This document shows positions 51,279 to 61,888 of a DNA stretch of 64,000 nucleotides, in pieces. Below the pieces are notes generated by a model, which ran no database searches, was not told the DNA's origin, and saw only the letters and a program-made list of their open reading frames with translations. The number at the start of each line of letters is the position of its first letter. Within the stretch, counting starts at the first letter, position 1. A program made the translations under genes and the position numbers. The stretch comes from an uncultured delta proteobacterium (GTDB taxonomy: Bacteria; Desulfobacterota; Binatia; UBA9968): the NCBI GenBank assembly GCA_963728565.1, contig CAVSLC010000014.1, positions 32,001 to 96,000 on the forward strand, written 5' to 3'.

Positions 51279-52103
51279 ATGCACAAGGTAATTTCCCATT
51301 GGCCGGGTAATTATAAAATGGCCGTTATGATCACGGTGATGTTCGAGGTCTGGTCCGAAGGTAAAGCGCCTCCCTACTCACCGATGACCACGGCGTTAAA
51401 GCCTGGAACGCCGGACCTTTTAGGAATCTCCTGGTCGCAATACGGCGGCAAGAGCGGTGTCTGGCGACTTATGCGAATACTCGACGAATGTGATGTCAGA
51501 GGGACGGTTTGCTTAAACGCCAAATGCGCGGAGGATTTCCCCGATGCCGTAAAACAGCTTCATGAGCGCGGGCATGAAATCTCAGCTCACTCTTACACTC
51601 AGGATCTCGTGCTGCCGTATCTGTCGGCGCAAGAAGAGAAAGACGTGATTCAGAAATGCAGTCGCATTATCGAAAGCGTAGTCGGAACCCGCCCGGTAGG
51701 TTGGTTCAGCCCGGTGGCCGCGCCGACCGTCAATACCGCGCGATTTCTCGCTGAAGAAGGATTTCTCTGGCACGGGGATTATAACGACACTGATCTGCCT
51801 TATTCGATGAACATGCCTGCAGGCCGGCTGGTTGCGATCGCGCACAGCGATTTTACCGACAACCGAACGCTTCGCAGTAGCCCGCGAGATTTTTTCAACG
51901 TGTATAAAGACACTTTTGACTTTCTATATCGAACCGAATCGCCATCGCTGATCAATCTAACGGTTCATACTCATTTTGGCGGACGCCCGTTAATGGCCGC
52001 CATGCTCAGCGAGCTGCTCCATTATATGAAAGGGTTTGCGGATATCTGGTTTGCTCGTCACGACGAAGTCGCGCGCTGGGTGCTGGAACAAGCGGAAGCA
52101 TGA
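51279..52103 (+). CDS. Polysaccharide deacetylase family protein
   Basis: WP..MAV, YGGKSGVWRL, GHEISAHS, GTRPVGW, D.DLPY, H.HFGGRP. Confidence 0.87.
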   Translation: MHKVISHWPGNYKMAVMITVMFEVWSEGKAPPYSPMTTALKPGTPDLLGISWSQYGGKSGVWRLMRILDECDVRGTVCLNAKCAEDFPDAVKQLHERGHEISAHSYTQDLVLPYLSAQEEKDVIQKCSRIIESVVGTRPVGWFSPVAAPTVNTARFLAEEGFLWHGDYNDTDLPYSMNMPAGRLVAIAHSDFTDNRTLRSSPRDFFNVYKDTFDFLYRTESPSLINLTVHTHFGGRPLMAAMLSELLHYMKGFADIWFARHDEVARWVLEQAEA

Positions 52104-52213
52104 GAGGTGGGCAAGTTAGGTGCCCGTACGCTTCACCTCTGACTTGGCATGTCACAAAGAGGCTATAGGCCCAAACTGAACCATCACCTGCACATATTAA
52201 AACGCGTAAAGAG

Positions 52214-52705
52214 TTAAAACTCGCCGCGAAAGATGCCGCGCTGTCCGCGTGCTTCTTCGACGCCGACTTCCATGCTGCGGATCCGGGCGTGCGGAAACTT
52301 CTTACGAATTTCGCGCCGGATCTGATTGGCAACGTGTTCGGCCAACAACTCGGTGCTGGTGTTGACAAGGGGAAGGAGAATCACGTCTTGTCGCGGCAGT
52401 AAGAGCCGCTGGGTTTTGTAGCGCACTTCGATTTCCTTGCCTCGACGGTTTACTTTGATTATCGGGCTCTCGGTTTGAATCAAAGTGCGATGATCCAAGC
52501 CATCGCAAATCTGCTTGACCAAAGGTTTGAACGTGATGAAGTCGAGCACGACTCCGGCATGATCGATTTCTCCTTCGAGCGCCACCGAAACCTGGTAGTT
52601 GTGGCCGTGCAAAGGTTCCCTCTGGCCATCTGGGAAAATTAAGAAATGAGCCGAGGCAAAATTAAAGTAATCTTTCGCGACTTCAATGCTGAAAAATCGT
52701 GACAT
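52214..52705 (-). CDS. 6-pyruvoyl-tetrahydropterin synthase family protein (T-fold), ExxHGH type
   Basis: FASAHF...REPLHGHNY, DF, LDH, STELLA, VEE. Confidence 0.88.
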   Translation of the reverse strand: MSRFFSIEVAKDYFNFASAHFLIFPDGQREPLHGHNYQVSVALEGEIDHAGVVLDFITFKPLVKQICDGLDHRTLIQTESPIIKVNRRGKEIEVRYKTQRLLLPRQDVILLPLVNTSTELLAEHVANQIRREIRKKFPHARIRSMEVGVEEARGQRGIFRGEF

Positions 52706-52843
52706 TCCTCGGACGTTAGCCAAAAGCCTCCACTGTTTCAAGCAATCAGTCGTGAATTGGCGCGAAAAGAGCGGTTTTTAAAAACGCTCTTTACCTTGAA
52801 TTTAACTTGCAACCGGAGCTTGGAAGAGTTAGGTGAGGAACCT

Positions 52844-53599
52844 ATGCAACTAAGGGAATCTCTCGGCGTGCGCGATGGCGAGATGGTGTCGCTGATTGGC
52901 GCGGGCGGAAAAACCACAACATTGTTGCAATTGGCCAAGGAACTGCGCGATGCGGGGAAGAGAGTTCTGGTCACAACCACGACGAAAATTTTCAAACCAA
53001 GCAAACCACACGTTGACCGACTGTTTATTGTCGAAGACGTCGATGCGCTACTGCGCGAGGCAAGCAAGCTCGACGCGCCGCTGATTATCGGCGCCGGTTC
53101 TAAGCTCGATCAGGGCAAGTTGATCGGATTGCCTCCTCGCTGGCTCGATGAGATCGCGAGGAGCAAGCACTTCGCTGCGGTTTTGGTGGAAGCAGATGGA
53201 GCGGCGTCGCGGCTCTTCAAAGTTCCGTCGGAGTTCGAGCCGGTGATCCCAGGCGCTACCAGTCTAACGATCTGGGTTTTGTCGATCAAAGTAGTGGGCA
53301 AACCGTTGGATAGTACTTCGGTCCATCGAGCGGAAACGGCCGCGGCGCTGTCAGGCATGCCGCTGGGAACTCCGGTCACCGAACAACTGATTCTGAACCT
53401 GGCGCGGCATCCTGAAGGTTGTCTCAAAGGCATTCCAGCGGCAAGTCGAAAATCAGCGATGATCAATCAGGCGGACAGTCCGGAAGAAATCGAACGGGCG
53501 AAACAGCTAGGCAAAGCTCTGCTCCAGTTGGAATTCGATCGCGTGGTGATTAACAGTTTTGTTGATAGCGGGCTCAGCAATGAAGTGATTTCCCATTAG
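52844..53599 (+). CDS. yqeC: Selenium-dependent molybdenum hydroxylase accessory protein YqeC
   Basis: SLIGAGGKTT, VLVTTTTK, VEADGA...KVP..EPVIP, INQAD. Confidence 0.85.
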   Translation: MQLRESLGVRDGEMVSLIGAGGKTTTLLQLAKELRDAGKRVLVTTTTKIFKPSKPHVDRLFIVEDVDALLREASKLDAPLIIGAGSKLDQGKLIGLPPRWLDEIARSKHFAAVLVEADGAASRLFKVPSEFEPVIPGATSLTIWVLSIKVVGKPLDSTSVHRAETAAALSGMPLGTPVTEQLILNLARHPEGCLKGIPAASRKSAMINQADSPEEIERAKQLGKALLQLEFDRVVINSFVDSGLSNEVISH

Positions 53600-53614
53600 T
53601 CAAAATTTTACATC

Positions 53615-54202
53615 ATGATTTCCGCCGTTGTTCTGGCCGCCGGCCGCGCCGAGAGAATGGGCGAGCAAAAGCTATTGCTGCCGCTCAACGATAAGCCGGT
53701 GCTCCAATGGGTGCTGGAGAGCGCATTGGCTTCGAGCGTTCATGAGGTGACTTGTGTCGTGCGTGATCTCAAGGCCGTGCGACAAAGAATCGCGCTGGCG
53801 CATCATCGACTCCATTGGCTAATCAACTACGCCGCGGATCGGGGGCAGAGCACCTCGGTGATAGCCGGGCTATGGGCAATCGAGCCAAGGAGCGATGGCG
53901 TGCTATTTCTGGTCGGCGACCAGCCGCTGGTCAGAAAGGATCTGCTTGACGCCTTAATTCAACGATTCGAACAGAGCTCGGCTTTGATCGTTGCGCCCTC
54001 ATTCAAGGGACAAGCGCGCAATCCGGTTCTGTTCCGGCGTGAACTCTTTCCGGAGATCCTCCGCTTGACAGGCGACCGCGGCGGCCGGTTCTTGATTGAG
54101 AAGCACAAAAGCAGAACGGAGTACGTCGAGTGGCAGCAAGAGATGCCGTTTATGGATATCGATGTGAGAGAGGATTACGAACGACTGAAGGAACTGGCAT
54201 AG
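53615..54202 (+). CDS. mocA: Molybdenum cofactor cytidylyltransferase (MocA/YgfJ-like)
   Basis: VLAAG.A.RMG..KLLL, GQSTS, GDQP, NPVLF, GD.GGR, DIDV.EDY. Confidence 0.82.
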   Translation: MISAVVLAAGRAERMGEQKLLLPLNDKPVLQWVLESALASSVHEVTCVVRDLKAVRQRIALAHHRLHWLINYAADRGQSTSVIAGLWAIEPRSDGVLFLVGDQPLVRKDLLDALIQRFEQSSALIVAPSFKGQARNPVLFRRELFPEILRLTGDRGGRFLIEKHKSRTEYVEWQQEMPFMDIDVREDYERLKELA

Positions 54203-54211
54203 CTCAACAAT

Positions 54212-55309
54212 TCAATTTGCTTGTCCGACTGCTTCTCCCACCGATCTGAATCCATCTCGTTCGAGCAGCTTGATCAGGCCCTGGTTGATCCGCTTAACCG
54301 CCGCCGGACCCTCATAGACAAATCCTGTATAGATCTGCACCGCGGATGCTCCGGCGGTAATCTTGTCATACGCGTCCCGGGCATTGAAGATTCCGCCGAC
54401 ACCGATGATCGGCAGCCGTCCTCCGGTATTCTTATAGATATGAGAAACGAAGTTCGTCACCATGGTTGTGATTGGCCTGCCGCTCAAACCGCCGGGTTCC
54501 CGGCGCAACGGTGATTTCAAGCTGTCACGCATAAACGCGCTGGCGTTGGTGGCGACGATGCCTGCTAGTTCGAACGAATTCACCACCTCGATAATTTGAT
54601 CCACCTGCGCAAATTCCATATCCGGCGCAATCTTAACAAACACAGGTTTTTCTTGCCGCTGCGCCGCTGCCGCAAGTTGCCGGTTTTTTTCCCGGACAGC
54701 GCTAAGCAAATCCGCAAGCAGCGTTTTCTCCTGCAGGTCGCGCAGGTTCGGCGTATTGGGTGAACTTACGTTCAAGGTAAAAAAGTCGCCGTGCGAATAG
54801 AGCTTTTCAAAAGTCGATAGGAAATCCGCCACGGCGTCCTTGGTTTCGACGATCTTGGTTCGGCCGATATTAATACCCAGCGGAATTCCCGGGATCTTGC
54901 CGTGAGCTCTCAGGTTGGCCAGTCTCGCGGCAATTGCAGTTGCGCCTTCGTTGTTGAAGCCAAGACGATTGATCAGGGCGCAGTCTTCGGGCAGGCGGTA
55001 CAATCGCGGCTTTGGATTTCCCGGTTGAGCCTGGGCCGTCACCGCGCCCAATTCCATAAAGCCGAATCCGAAAGCGGAGATGGTCTGAAGCGCGACGGCA
55101 TTCTTATCAAAGCCTCCGGCCAGGCCGACCGGATTGGAAAAAATCAAAGATTTAATTTGCACGTTGAGCCGTTTGTCCGTCACACGGTAAAAGCGATCGA
55201 GAGGACCGTGCACGAGCTGTAATCGCGAGAGTAACTTTAGAGCTCGGTCGTGGCTTTGTTCCGGATCTTTACTAAACAACCAAGGACGAATGATCGATTT
55301 GTAAAGCAT
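54212..55309 (-). CDS. pyrD: Dihydroorotate dehydrogenase (quinone, class 2)
   Basis: NPVGLAGGFDKN, GNPKPRL.RL, INRLGFNN.G, NVSSPNTPNLR, VKIAPD, GGLSG, IIGVGGI. Confidence 0.95.
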   Translation of the reverse strand: MLYKSIIRPWLFSKDPEQSHDRALKLLSRLQLVHGPLDRFYRVTDKRLNVQIKSLIFSNPVGLAGGFDKNAVALQTISAFGFGFMELGAVTAQAQPGNPKPRLYRLPEDCALINRLGFNNEGATAIAARLANLRAHGKIPGIPLGINIGRTKIVETKDAVADFLSTFEKLYSHGDFFTLNVSSPNTPNLRDLQEKTLLADLLSAVREKNRQLAAAAQRQEKPVFVKIAPDMEFAQVDQIIEVVNSFELAGIVATNASAFMRDSLKSPLRREPGGLSGRPITTMVTNFVSHIYKNTGGRLPIIGVGGIFNARDAYDKITAGASAVQIYTGFVYEGPAAVKRINQGLIKLLERDGFRSVGEAVGQAN

Positions 55310-55564
55310 GATTAAACGATCTAGCGGAAAGTTTATCGCTGGGCCAGCGATTGAGAGATTCGGAAGCTGAAAAGTCTTCCACCGAAGCAGGGAGAACCAT
55401 TGGGTCCTCCCTCCTTGGCTCTAAACCCGAGGCAAAGTGCTACTTTTCGAAACCGCCCGAAATACGTTCTTACCCCACCGTAATGAAAATTACCCCGATC
55501 TGCAGTCGCAAGAATCGGGTCGGCTAACATCCCTTCGGATGAGCCGCGACATTGCACTTAATAT

Positions 55565-56182
55565 TTATTTGAAAGGTGCGCACGCCGATGGAGTCATCAA
55601 CATGTTTTCCTGCATAACCATGTACTGCCTGGTTTCCGGCGGCCAGCCGGCGACTTTCTTCGAGGCTTCAGCGCGAATCCGTTCACGTTCGCCGGCATCG
55701 CGATATGCCCATACATGAATGAATTGGTTAAGCGGACCGATGGCGCTGACCCATATGCCAATCAGGGGCGAGAGCTTCGCCCGCTCTGGAACCACTTTGC
55801 CAAAAGCCTCAAGGACCTTGGGCATCGTGCCGGGCTGGTAAGTATAAGTGCGAAATTCGTATATGTTGCCCTGCTTCGTTTCAGGTAATGGCGGCGAAAA
55901 TGGCGCAGGCTGCAAAATCTTATTCTCCTGGGTGACGATAAATTCTTGGGTCTTCGGTGGCCACATGCCGGTCTTTCTGGCCTCATTGCCAATCCGTTCA
56001 CGGTCCTCAAAACTTTCGTAAGGCCAGACATGGACGACGCGATTAAGGCCGCCGACCTCCGATTGCCAGAGGCCTAGCAGCCGTGAAAACTGCAGGCGCG
56101 CCGTCAATCCTTCGGCAAATTTTTCGACGAAGTTAGCGGTCATTCCGGGCTTCAGCACATAGGTTCGCATTTCTAAGATCAT
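55565..56182 (-). CDS. NIPSNAP family protein (two domains)
   Basis: Two repeats of E.RTY..PG...G.W....G.LN...H.W.Y....ER.R. Confidence 0.9.
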   Translation of the reverse strand: MILEMRTYVLKPGMTANFVEKFAEGLTARLQFSRLLGLWQSEVGGLNRVVHVWPYESFEDRERIGNEARKTGMWPPKTQEFIVTQENKILQPAPFSPPLPETKQGNIYEFRTYTYQPGTMPKVLEAFGKVVPERAKLSPLIGIWVSAIGPLNQFIHVWAYRDAGERERIRAEASKKVAGWPPETRQYMVMQENMLMTPSACAPFK

Positions 56183-56466
56183 AAAGATTTCCTCCGTCCT
56201 GAGGGTTTTCTATCCTTTCCCACAAAGCGGTGAACAAATGCAACAGGGATAGGCGACTCAGATCGGCAAAACTTTCCCTTCCAATAAGAGTTGGGGAGCG
56301 CGGGCCTGCGCAGTGATCCAAAGATCGTTCAAATCCATCGGTTACCTTGAAGATCAATGGTGAGCATCATTTGCGCGACTTGTCACTTTTGTCGAGAGGC
56401 CGAGATTTGTTGACGCAGTTTATCCTTGGAAACTCCCGCAAGTGACGAAAACACTGCACTCGCGCC

Positions 56467-56482
56467 TGGTATGTTTGTTGCT
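56467..56482 (+). promoter_or_regulatory. Sigma-54 (-24/-12) promoter
   Basis: TGGTATGTTTGTTGCT matches TGGCAC-N5-TTGCW with GG-N10-GC spacing, 60 bp upstream of the GT2 start. Confidence 0.55.
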
Positions 56483-56541
56483 CGATGATGAGCCTTCCAA
56501 CCTGAAAGGAGCGTTTCACTCAGTCTTAACGCAACCACACC

Positions 56542-58002
56542 ATGAACTTATTCGCACGCAAACCAACCGAAGACTCAGCATCGGCCGGAGACCGATCCGG
56601 TACGCAGCAAACAGAGCCGTCAACGCCTGTGAGCTGGAAAGATTTTGGCGCGGCTCAACAACGGGAAGCCGATGAAAATCGATCGAGCACAATTTGGCAG
56701 CGGCAACATCGATCGTTCTATCTGCCGGTCAAAGGCAAGTTCGCTCTGTCCACGGCTTTTGCTTGCGCATGGGTTTTTCTATCCTGGAATCTCGCCCAGC
56801 CTTGGCTAAACGAGCTCGCCAATGATATCGGGCACGCGCCGGCTGTGGTGATTATTTTCTTTATCGCGCTGTTTCCCGGTTTCTTGAATGCGCACATCAT
56901 CTCGAGTGTCATCCTGGACCGGCCGCCTGAGCTCCGCTTCGATATAGAGTATCCGCCGATTAACCTCTTGATTGCCGCTTACAATGAAGCTCAAGAGATT
57001 GCCGAAACCATTCGCGGTATAAAGGGACAGGACTACCCCGGCCGGATAGATATCATCGTGGTCGATGACGGTTCCACGGATAACACTACCGCCATTCTCA
57101 ACTCCTTCGATTTGCCCAATCTGAAAATTATTCGGGCGAATCACGGCGGCAAGGCAAAGGCGCTTAACGAAGGACTCAATCATGTAAGTCACGATATCAT
57201 CGTTTGTATCGATGCGGATACTTTCCTTCAGCCGGAAGCATTGAAGCGACTCGTCGCCCGCTTTTTGAGTGATCCGCAGGGCACGGCGGCGGTTGCGGGA
57301 TGCGTGCTTGTAAAAAATTCTCGCGATACTTTTATGACACGGCTACAGGAGTGGGATTACTTTACCGGGATTGCATCGGCTAAACGTCAACAATCTTTAT
57401 ATCAGGGAACGTTGGTTGCCCAAGGAGCCTTTAGCGCCTTCAACAGCAAGGTTGTCAAGGCGCACAAAGGTTGGCCCTCGGTTATAGGAGAGGACATCGT
57501 GCTGACCTGGGCGCTCATCAAAAGCGGCTGGCGTATTGGTTTTGAGCCGACCGCCATTGGCTTTACCGCCGCGCCGACGACCCTAAAGGGTTTTTTCCGT
57601 CAGAGAAAACGCTGGGCGCGAGGCATGATCGAAGGATTAAAGCAGCACGGTCATTTGATCTGGAGCAGTTCTCGATTGTCAGCTTTTTTCGTCGGGATTG
57701 ATTTCGTCATCCCGCTGATGGACTTGTTCTATACGTTTGTATTTCTACCCGGCATCATTTTAGCCCTCTTCGGCTACTACTATATCGTCGGTCCGACCAC
57801 GTTGCTGGTTCTACCGATGGCGTTTTTGATCGTGTTCTTTATGTATCGAAAACAGCAAGTCGTCTTTAAAACACTCAGTCTTCGGGTGCGACAAAATTTC
57901 GCCGGCTTTATCGTGTACATGCTTATCTATCAGATAATCATGTCCCCGATCTGTGTTATCGGCTATGTCCAAGAACTACTCGGAACTGCCAAACGGTGGT
58001 AA
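56542..58002 (+). CDS. Processive GT2 glycosyltransferase (PgaC/IcaA-like)
   Basis: AYNE, DDGS, GGKA.ALN, DAD, GED, QRKRW; N- and C-terminal TM helices. Confidence 0.9.
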   Translation: MNLFARKPTEDSASAGDRSGTQQTEPSTPVSWKDFGAAQQREADENRSSTIWQRQHRSFYLPVKGKFALSTAFACAWVFLSWNLAQPWLNELANDIGHAPAVVIIFFIALFPGFLNAHIISSVILDRPPELRFDIEYPPINLLIAAYNEAQEIAETIRGIKGQDYPGRIDIIVVDDGSTDNTTAILNSFDLPNLKIIRANHGGKAKALNEGLNHVSHDIIVCIDADTFLQPEALKRLVARFLSDPQGTAAVAGCVLVKNSRDTFMTRLQEWDYFTGIASAKRQQSLYQGTLVAQGAFSAFNSKVVKAHKGWPSVIGEDIVLTWALIKSGWRIGFEPTAIGFTAAPTTLKGFFRQRKRWARGMIEGLKQHGHLIWSSSRLSAFFVGIDFVIPLMDLFYTFVFLPGIILALFGYYYIVGPTTLLVLPMAFLIVFFMYRKQQVVFKTLSLRVRQNFAGFIVYMLIYQIIMSPICVIGYVQELLGTAKRW

Positions 58003-58133
58003 CAGATGCGCCACTGCATGGCGTATCCTGAATAACGCCGCTCCCGAAATAAATCAGAATCTCGCCGGCAAGTAGATCTAAGCTTCAATTCAACGGGCCC
58101 AAACCACAGAAAAATGTGGACCACTGAAAACGT

Positions 58134-59774
58134 TTGTGGCATTTTAGCGAATCTACTTACTTTCAGTACCTTGAGGAAACTTTGATCGAATCAAAACTAA
58201 TTGATCGCGTTCTACGACGGCATAGGGCCATATTCGCAGCGACTTTGACAATGATGATAATATTCATGTCATGTTCGCCGATGCTGGCCGCCGAGTCGGC
58301 CGATTCTGTTGATGAGCTGCAGAGTAGGATTAAAGCCACATCCGACCGATCGACTTTAGCCAGACTGCACAAGCAGCTGGGCGATCGATATATAGCTCAA
58401 GACCGGATCGCGGATGCGGCTGAGGCGTACGGTGATGCGCTGGAAACTGACCCGGATCAATTCTCAAGTGCAGAACGAGTGCGAATGGCTATCTATCTCT
58501 CGTGGGCGGATAAGTTAAAACGGTCGGAGCGCGAGCTTAGAGCGGTGCTTGATCGGGAACCGAAACACCAGGAAGCGCGCACTCATCTGGCGCGGGTACT
58601 ATCCTGGCAAGGTGAGCTGTCTGAAGCCATTGAAGAGGCCGACAACGTACTTAAGGAGCATCCAAATGATCGGGAAGCCTCACTGATCAAAGCCGATGCG
58701 TTGCAATGGCGAGGAAACTACAGCGAGGCAATTCCGCTATACAGGCAACTCGGCGCAAACGATAACTTCGATGCGCGGGTTGGGCTCTCCCGGTCTCTTC
58801 TTGCGACGGGAAACCGGACTGGTTCCTTAGAAATCATGAGCTCATTGAAACCCGGCAATGCTCGACAAGAGCGGGAGTTGATAAAATTGCGGGAATCCAT
58901 CGATCAGGAGACTCGACCTTCTTTAGATGCCCGTTACAATTATTTCAGTGATTCCGACGACAACCGCCTGAACCGCTACTCGCTTTCATCGAATTTCTCA
59001 ATTGGCAATCAGAAACTCGGCGTGACCTTCAGGCACACAGATGCCGAGGACGAGACACGAGACAATCGAGCTGAGGACCTGTCGTTCCGAGTTTATACCA
59101 ATCCGACGGAGCGGCTTATCCTTGGCGGCGGCTTGGGGTTCACTCAACTCCGGGATGGCCGAACCTCAACCTTCCCGACCGGTCACTTAAGAATTGAAAC
59201 GAAGCTATTTAGAGGCGCCGCCGGCGCTACCGTGCATCGGGAGGTTCTCAGTGAGACGGCTGAACTGATCGAGAATCGTATACGGATGACAGATGCCGGG
59301 TTTTACCTATCGCAACCTCTAACCGATCGAATAACCGTCTATGCCGGTTACAACTACAAGGATTTCTCTGACGGCAACCACGCCAACGATGTGCGACTGG
59401 TGTCCCAATACGCGCTGTATTTTAATCCGCGCATTGCCATCGGTCACCGATTTCGCTTCCTGGACTTTCATACGCAAAGCCGCAGCGGGTTTTTCGATCC
59501 CAGCAACTACATCGCCAACCGCGTTTTCACTTCCTATTGGTTAGAACGGGACAAATATTACACCTATCTCGAAGGTTATTTTGGCTACGAAACTTTTCGT
59601 AGAAACCGCGTTGCCTCCGACAACTTCATCTACGGCGGCTCCGGCAGTATCGGCTTTAAGCCGATTTCTACTTTGGCTATAGAGTTTAACGCCGAAGGTG
59701 GCACCTTCGCCGCCGGCTCAGCATCCGGCTTCAACTATTTCGTTATCGGCCCGAGAGTTCTGTTCAGATTCTAA
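58134..59774 (+). CDS. TPR plus outer-membrane beta-barrel protein (PgaA/YaiO-like exporter); start may be later (~58251)
   Basis: Signal-like segment, TPRs with LSW motifs, alternating aromatic beta-strands, C-terminal Phe. Confidence 0.72.
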   Translation: MWHFSESTYFQYLEETLIESKLIDRVLRRHRAIFAATLTMMIIFMSCSPMLAAESADSVDELQSRIKATSDRSTLARLHKQLGDRYIAQDRIADAAEAYGDALETDPDQFSSAERVRMAIYLSWADKLKRSERELRAVLDREPKHQEARTHLARVLSWQGELSEAIEEADNVLKEHPNDREASLIKADALQWRGNYSEAIPLYRQLGANDNFDARVGLSRSLLATGNRTGSLEIMSSLKPGNARQERELIKLRESIDQETRPSLDARYNYFSDSDDNRLNRYSLSSNFSIGNQKLGVTFRHTDAEDETRDNRAEDLSFRVYTNPTERLILGGGLGFTQLRDGRTSTFPTGHLRIETKLFRGAAGATVHREVLSETAELIENRIRMTDAGFYLSQPLTDRITVYAGYNYKDFSDGNHANDVRLVSQYALYFNPRIAIGHRFRFLDFHTQSRSGFFDPSNYIANRVFTSYWLERDKYYTYLEGYFGYETFRRNRVASDNFIYGGSGSIGFKPISTLAIEFNAEGGTFAAGSASGFNYFVIGPRVLFRF

Positions 59775-60082
59775 GTCGCCGCACCTCGCTGACAGGATGA
59801 TGCCGCGATTCTCAGCTAGCCCCAAGCGCTCGATCTCCCATTAGCCTTTCTCTGCCGTTGCGGAAACACTCGCCAAATGGCGGAGTTCTTTCCGACCAAA
59901 GCGCAGAGCACATTCAAAACGGAAATAGCGGCCAGGTATCTTGGTCGCGTCTCGCAGGGAAGTTTTGCGACGGAGTAGTTTTACAAAGCCGTCAATCTTG
60001 ATAAGAAAAGATTCAGTGGAGCTTCGGTCCGGCGAAACGCCAACGACGACGTTTTTTTCACCGGGCTGATCTCGTCTTTTGA

Positions 60083-61210
<1,128 letters not shown>

Positions 61211-61410
61211 TAGCGCCGGGTTTAAGCTTACGGAAGCCTGCTAGAATCAGTCTGATATAAATCCAGTGCGTGATCACGGCGGGGCTGAATTCGGGCTGCT
61301 TTGCTTCAGGCAAACGGCTTGCAGTTTAGACGAATTCTTTCTATAAGTTAGGCCCAGTACTTATCCGCATCACTACAAACCATTTCGAAAATTGTGTGAA
61401 AGGGACCGCG

Positions 61411-61878
61411 ATGGAGAAGAAAATCAAACTGCGCGTGAATGGCAAAAAGCATGAGCTTGAGGTTCCGACCAATCGATTATTGATCGACTGTTTGCGTTAC
61501 GACTTGGGTTTGACCGGTACCAAGGAGGGATGCAGCGTTGGAGTCTGCGGCGCATGCACGGTGTTGATGGATGATGAAATGATCAGTGCTTGTATCACGC
61601 TCGCGGTAATGGCCGATGGGCACGAGATCACGACGGTCGAAGGTCTTGCCCAAAACGGTGAGCTTCATCCGGTGCAAAAGAGCTTTATCCAGTACGGCGG
61701 TTTTCAGTGCGGCATCTGCACTCCCGGGCAGGTGGTTGCTGCTAAGGCTTTGCTCGACGAAAATCCCAAACCGACCGAGGACGAGATCAAGGATTGGATG
61801 ATGGGCAATCTTTGCCGTTGCACCGGTTACTACAAGATCATCGAATCGATTCAAAAGGCGCACCAGTTCGCAAGATAA
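61411..61878 (+). CDS. Molybdo-flavoenzyme small (2Fe-2S) subunit, CoxS/XdhC-type
   Basis: GTKEGC..GVCGACTV, SAC, QCGICTPG, GNLCRCTGY. Confidence 0.93.
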   Translation: MEKKIKLRVNGKKHELEVPTNRLLIDCLRYDLGLTGTKEGCSVGVCGACTVLMDDEMISACITLAVMADGHEITTVEGLAQNGELHPVQKSFIQYGGFQCGICTPGQVVAAKALLDENPKPTEDEIKDWMMGNLCRCTGYYKIIESIQKAHQFAR

Positions 61879-61888
61879 GGACACAGCC

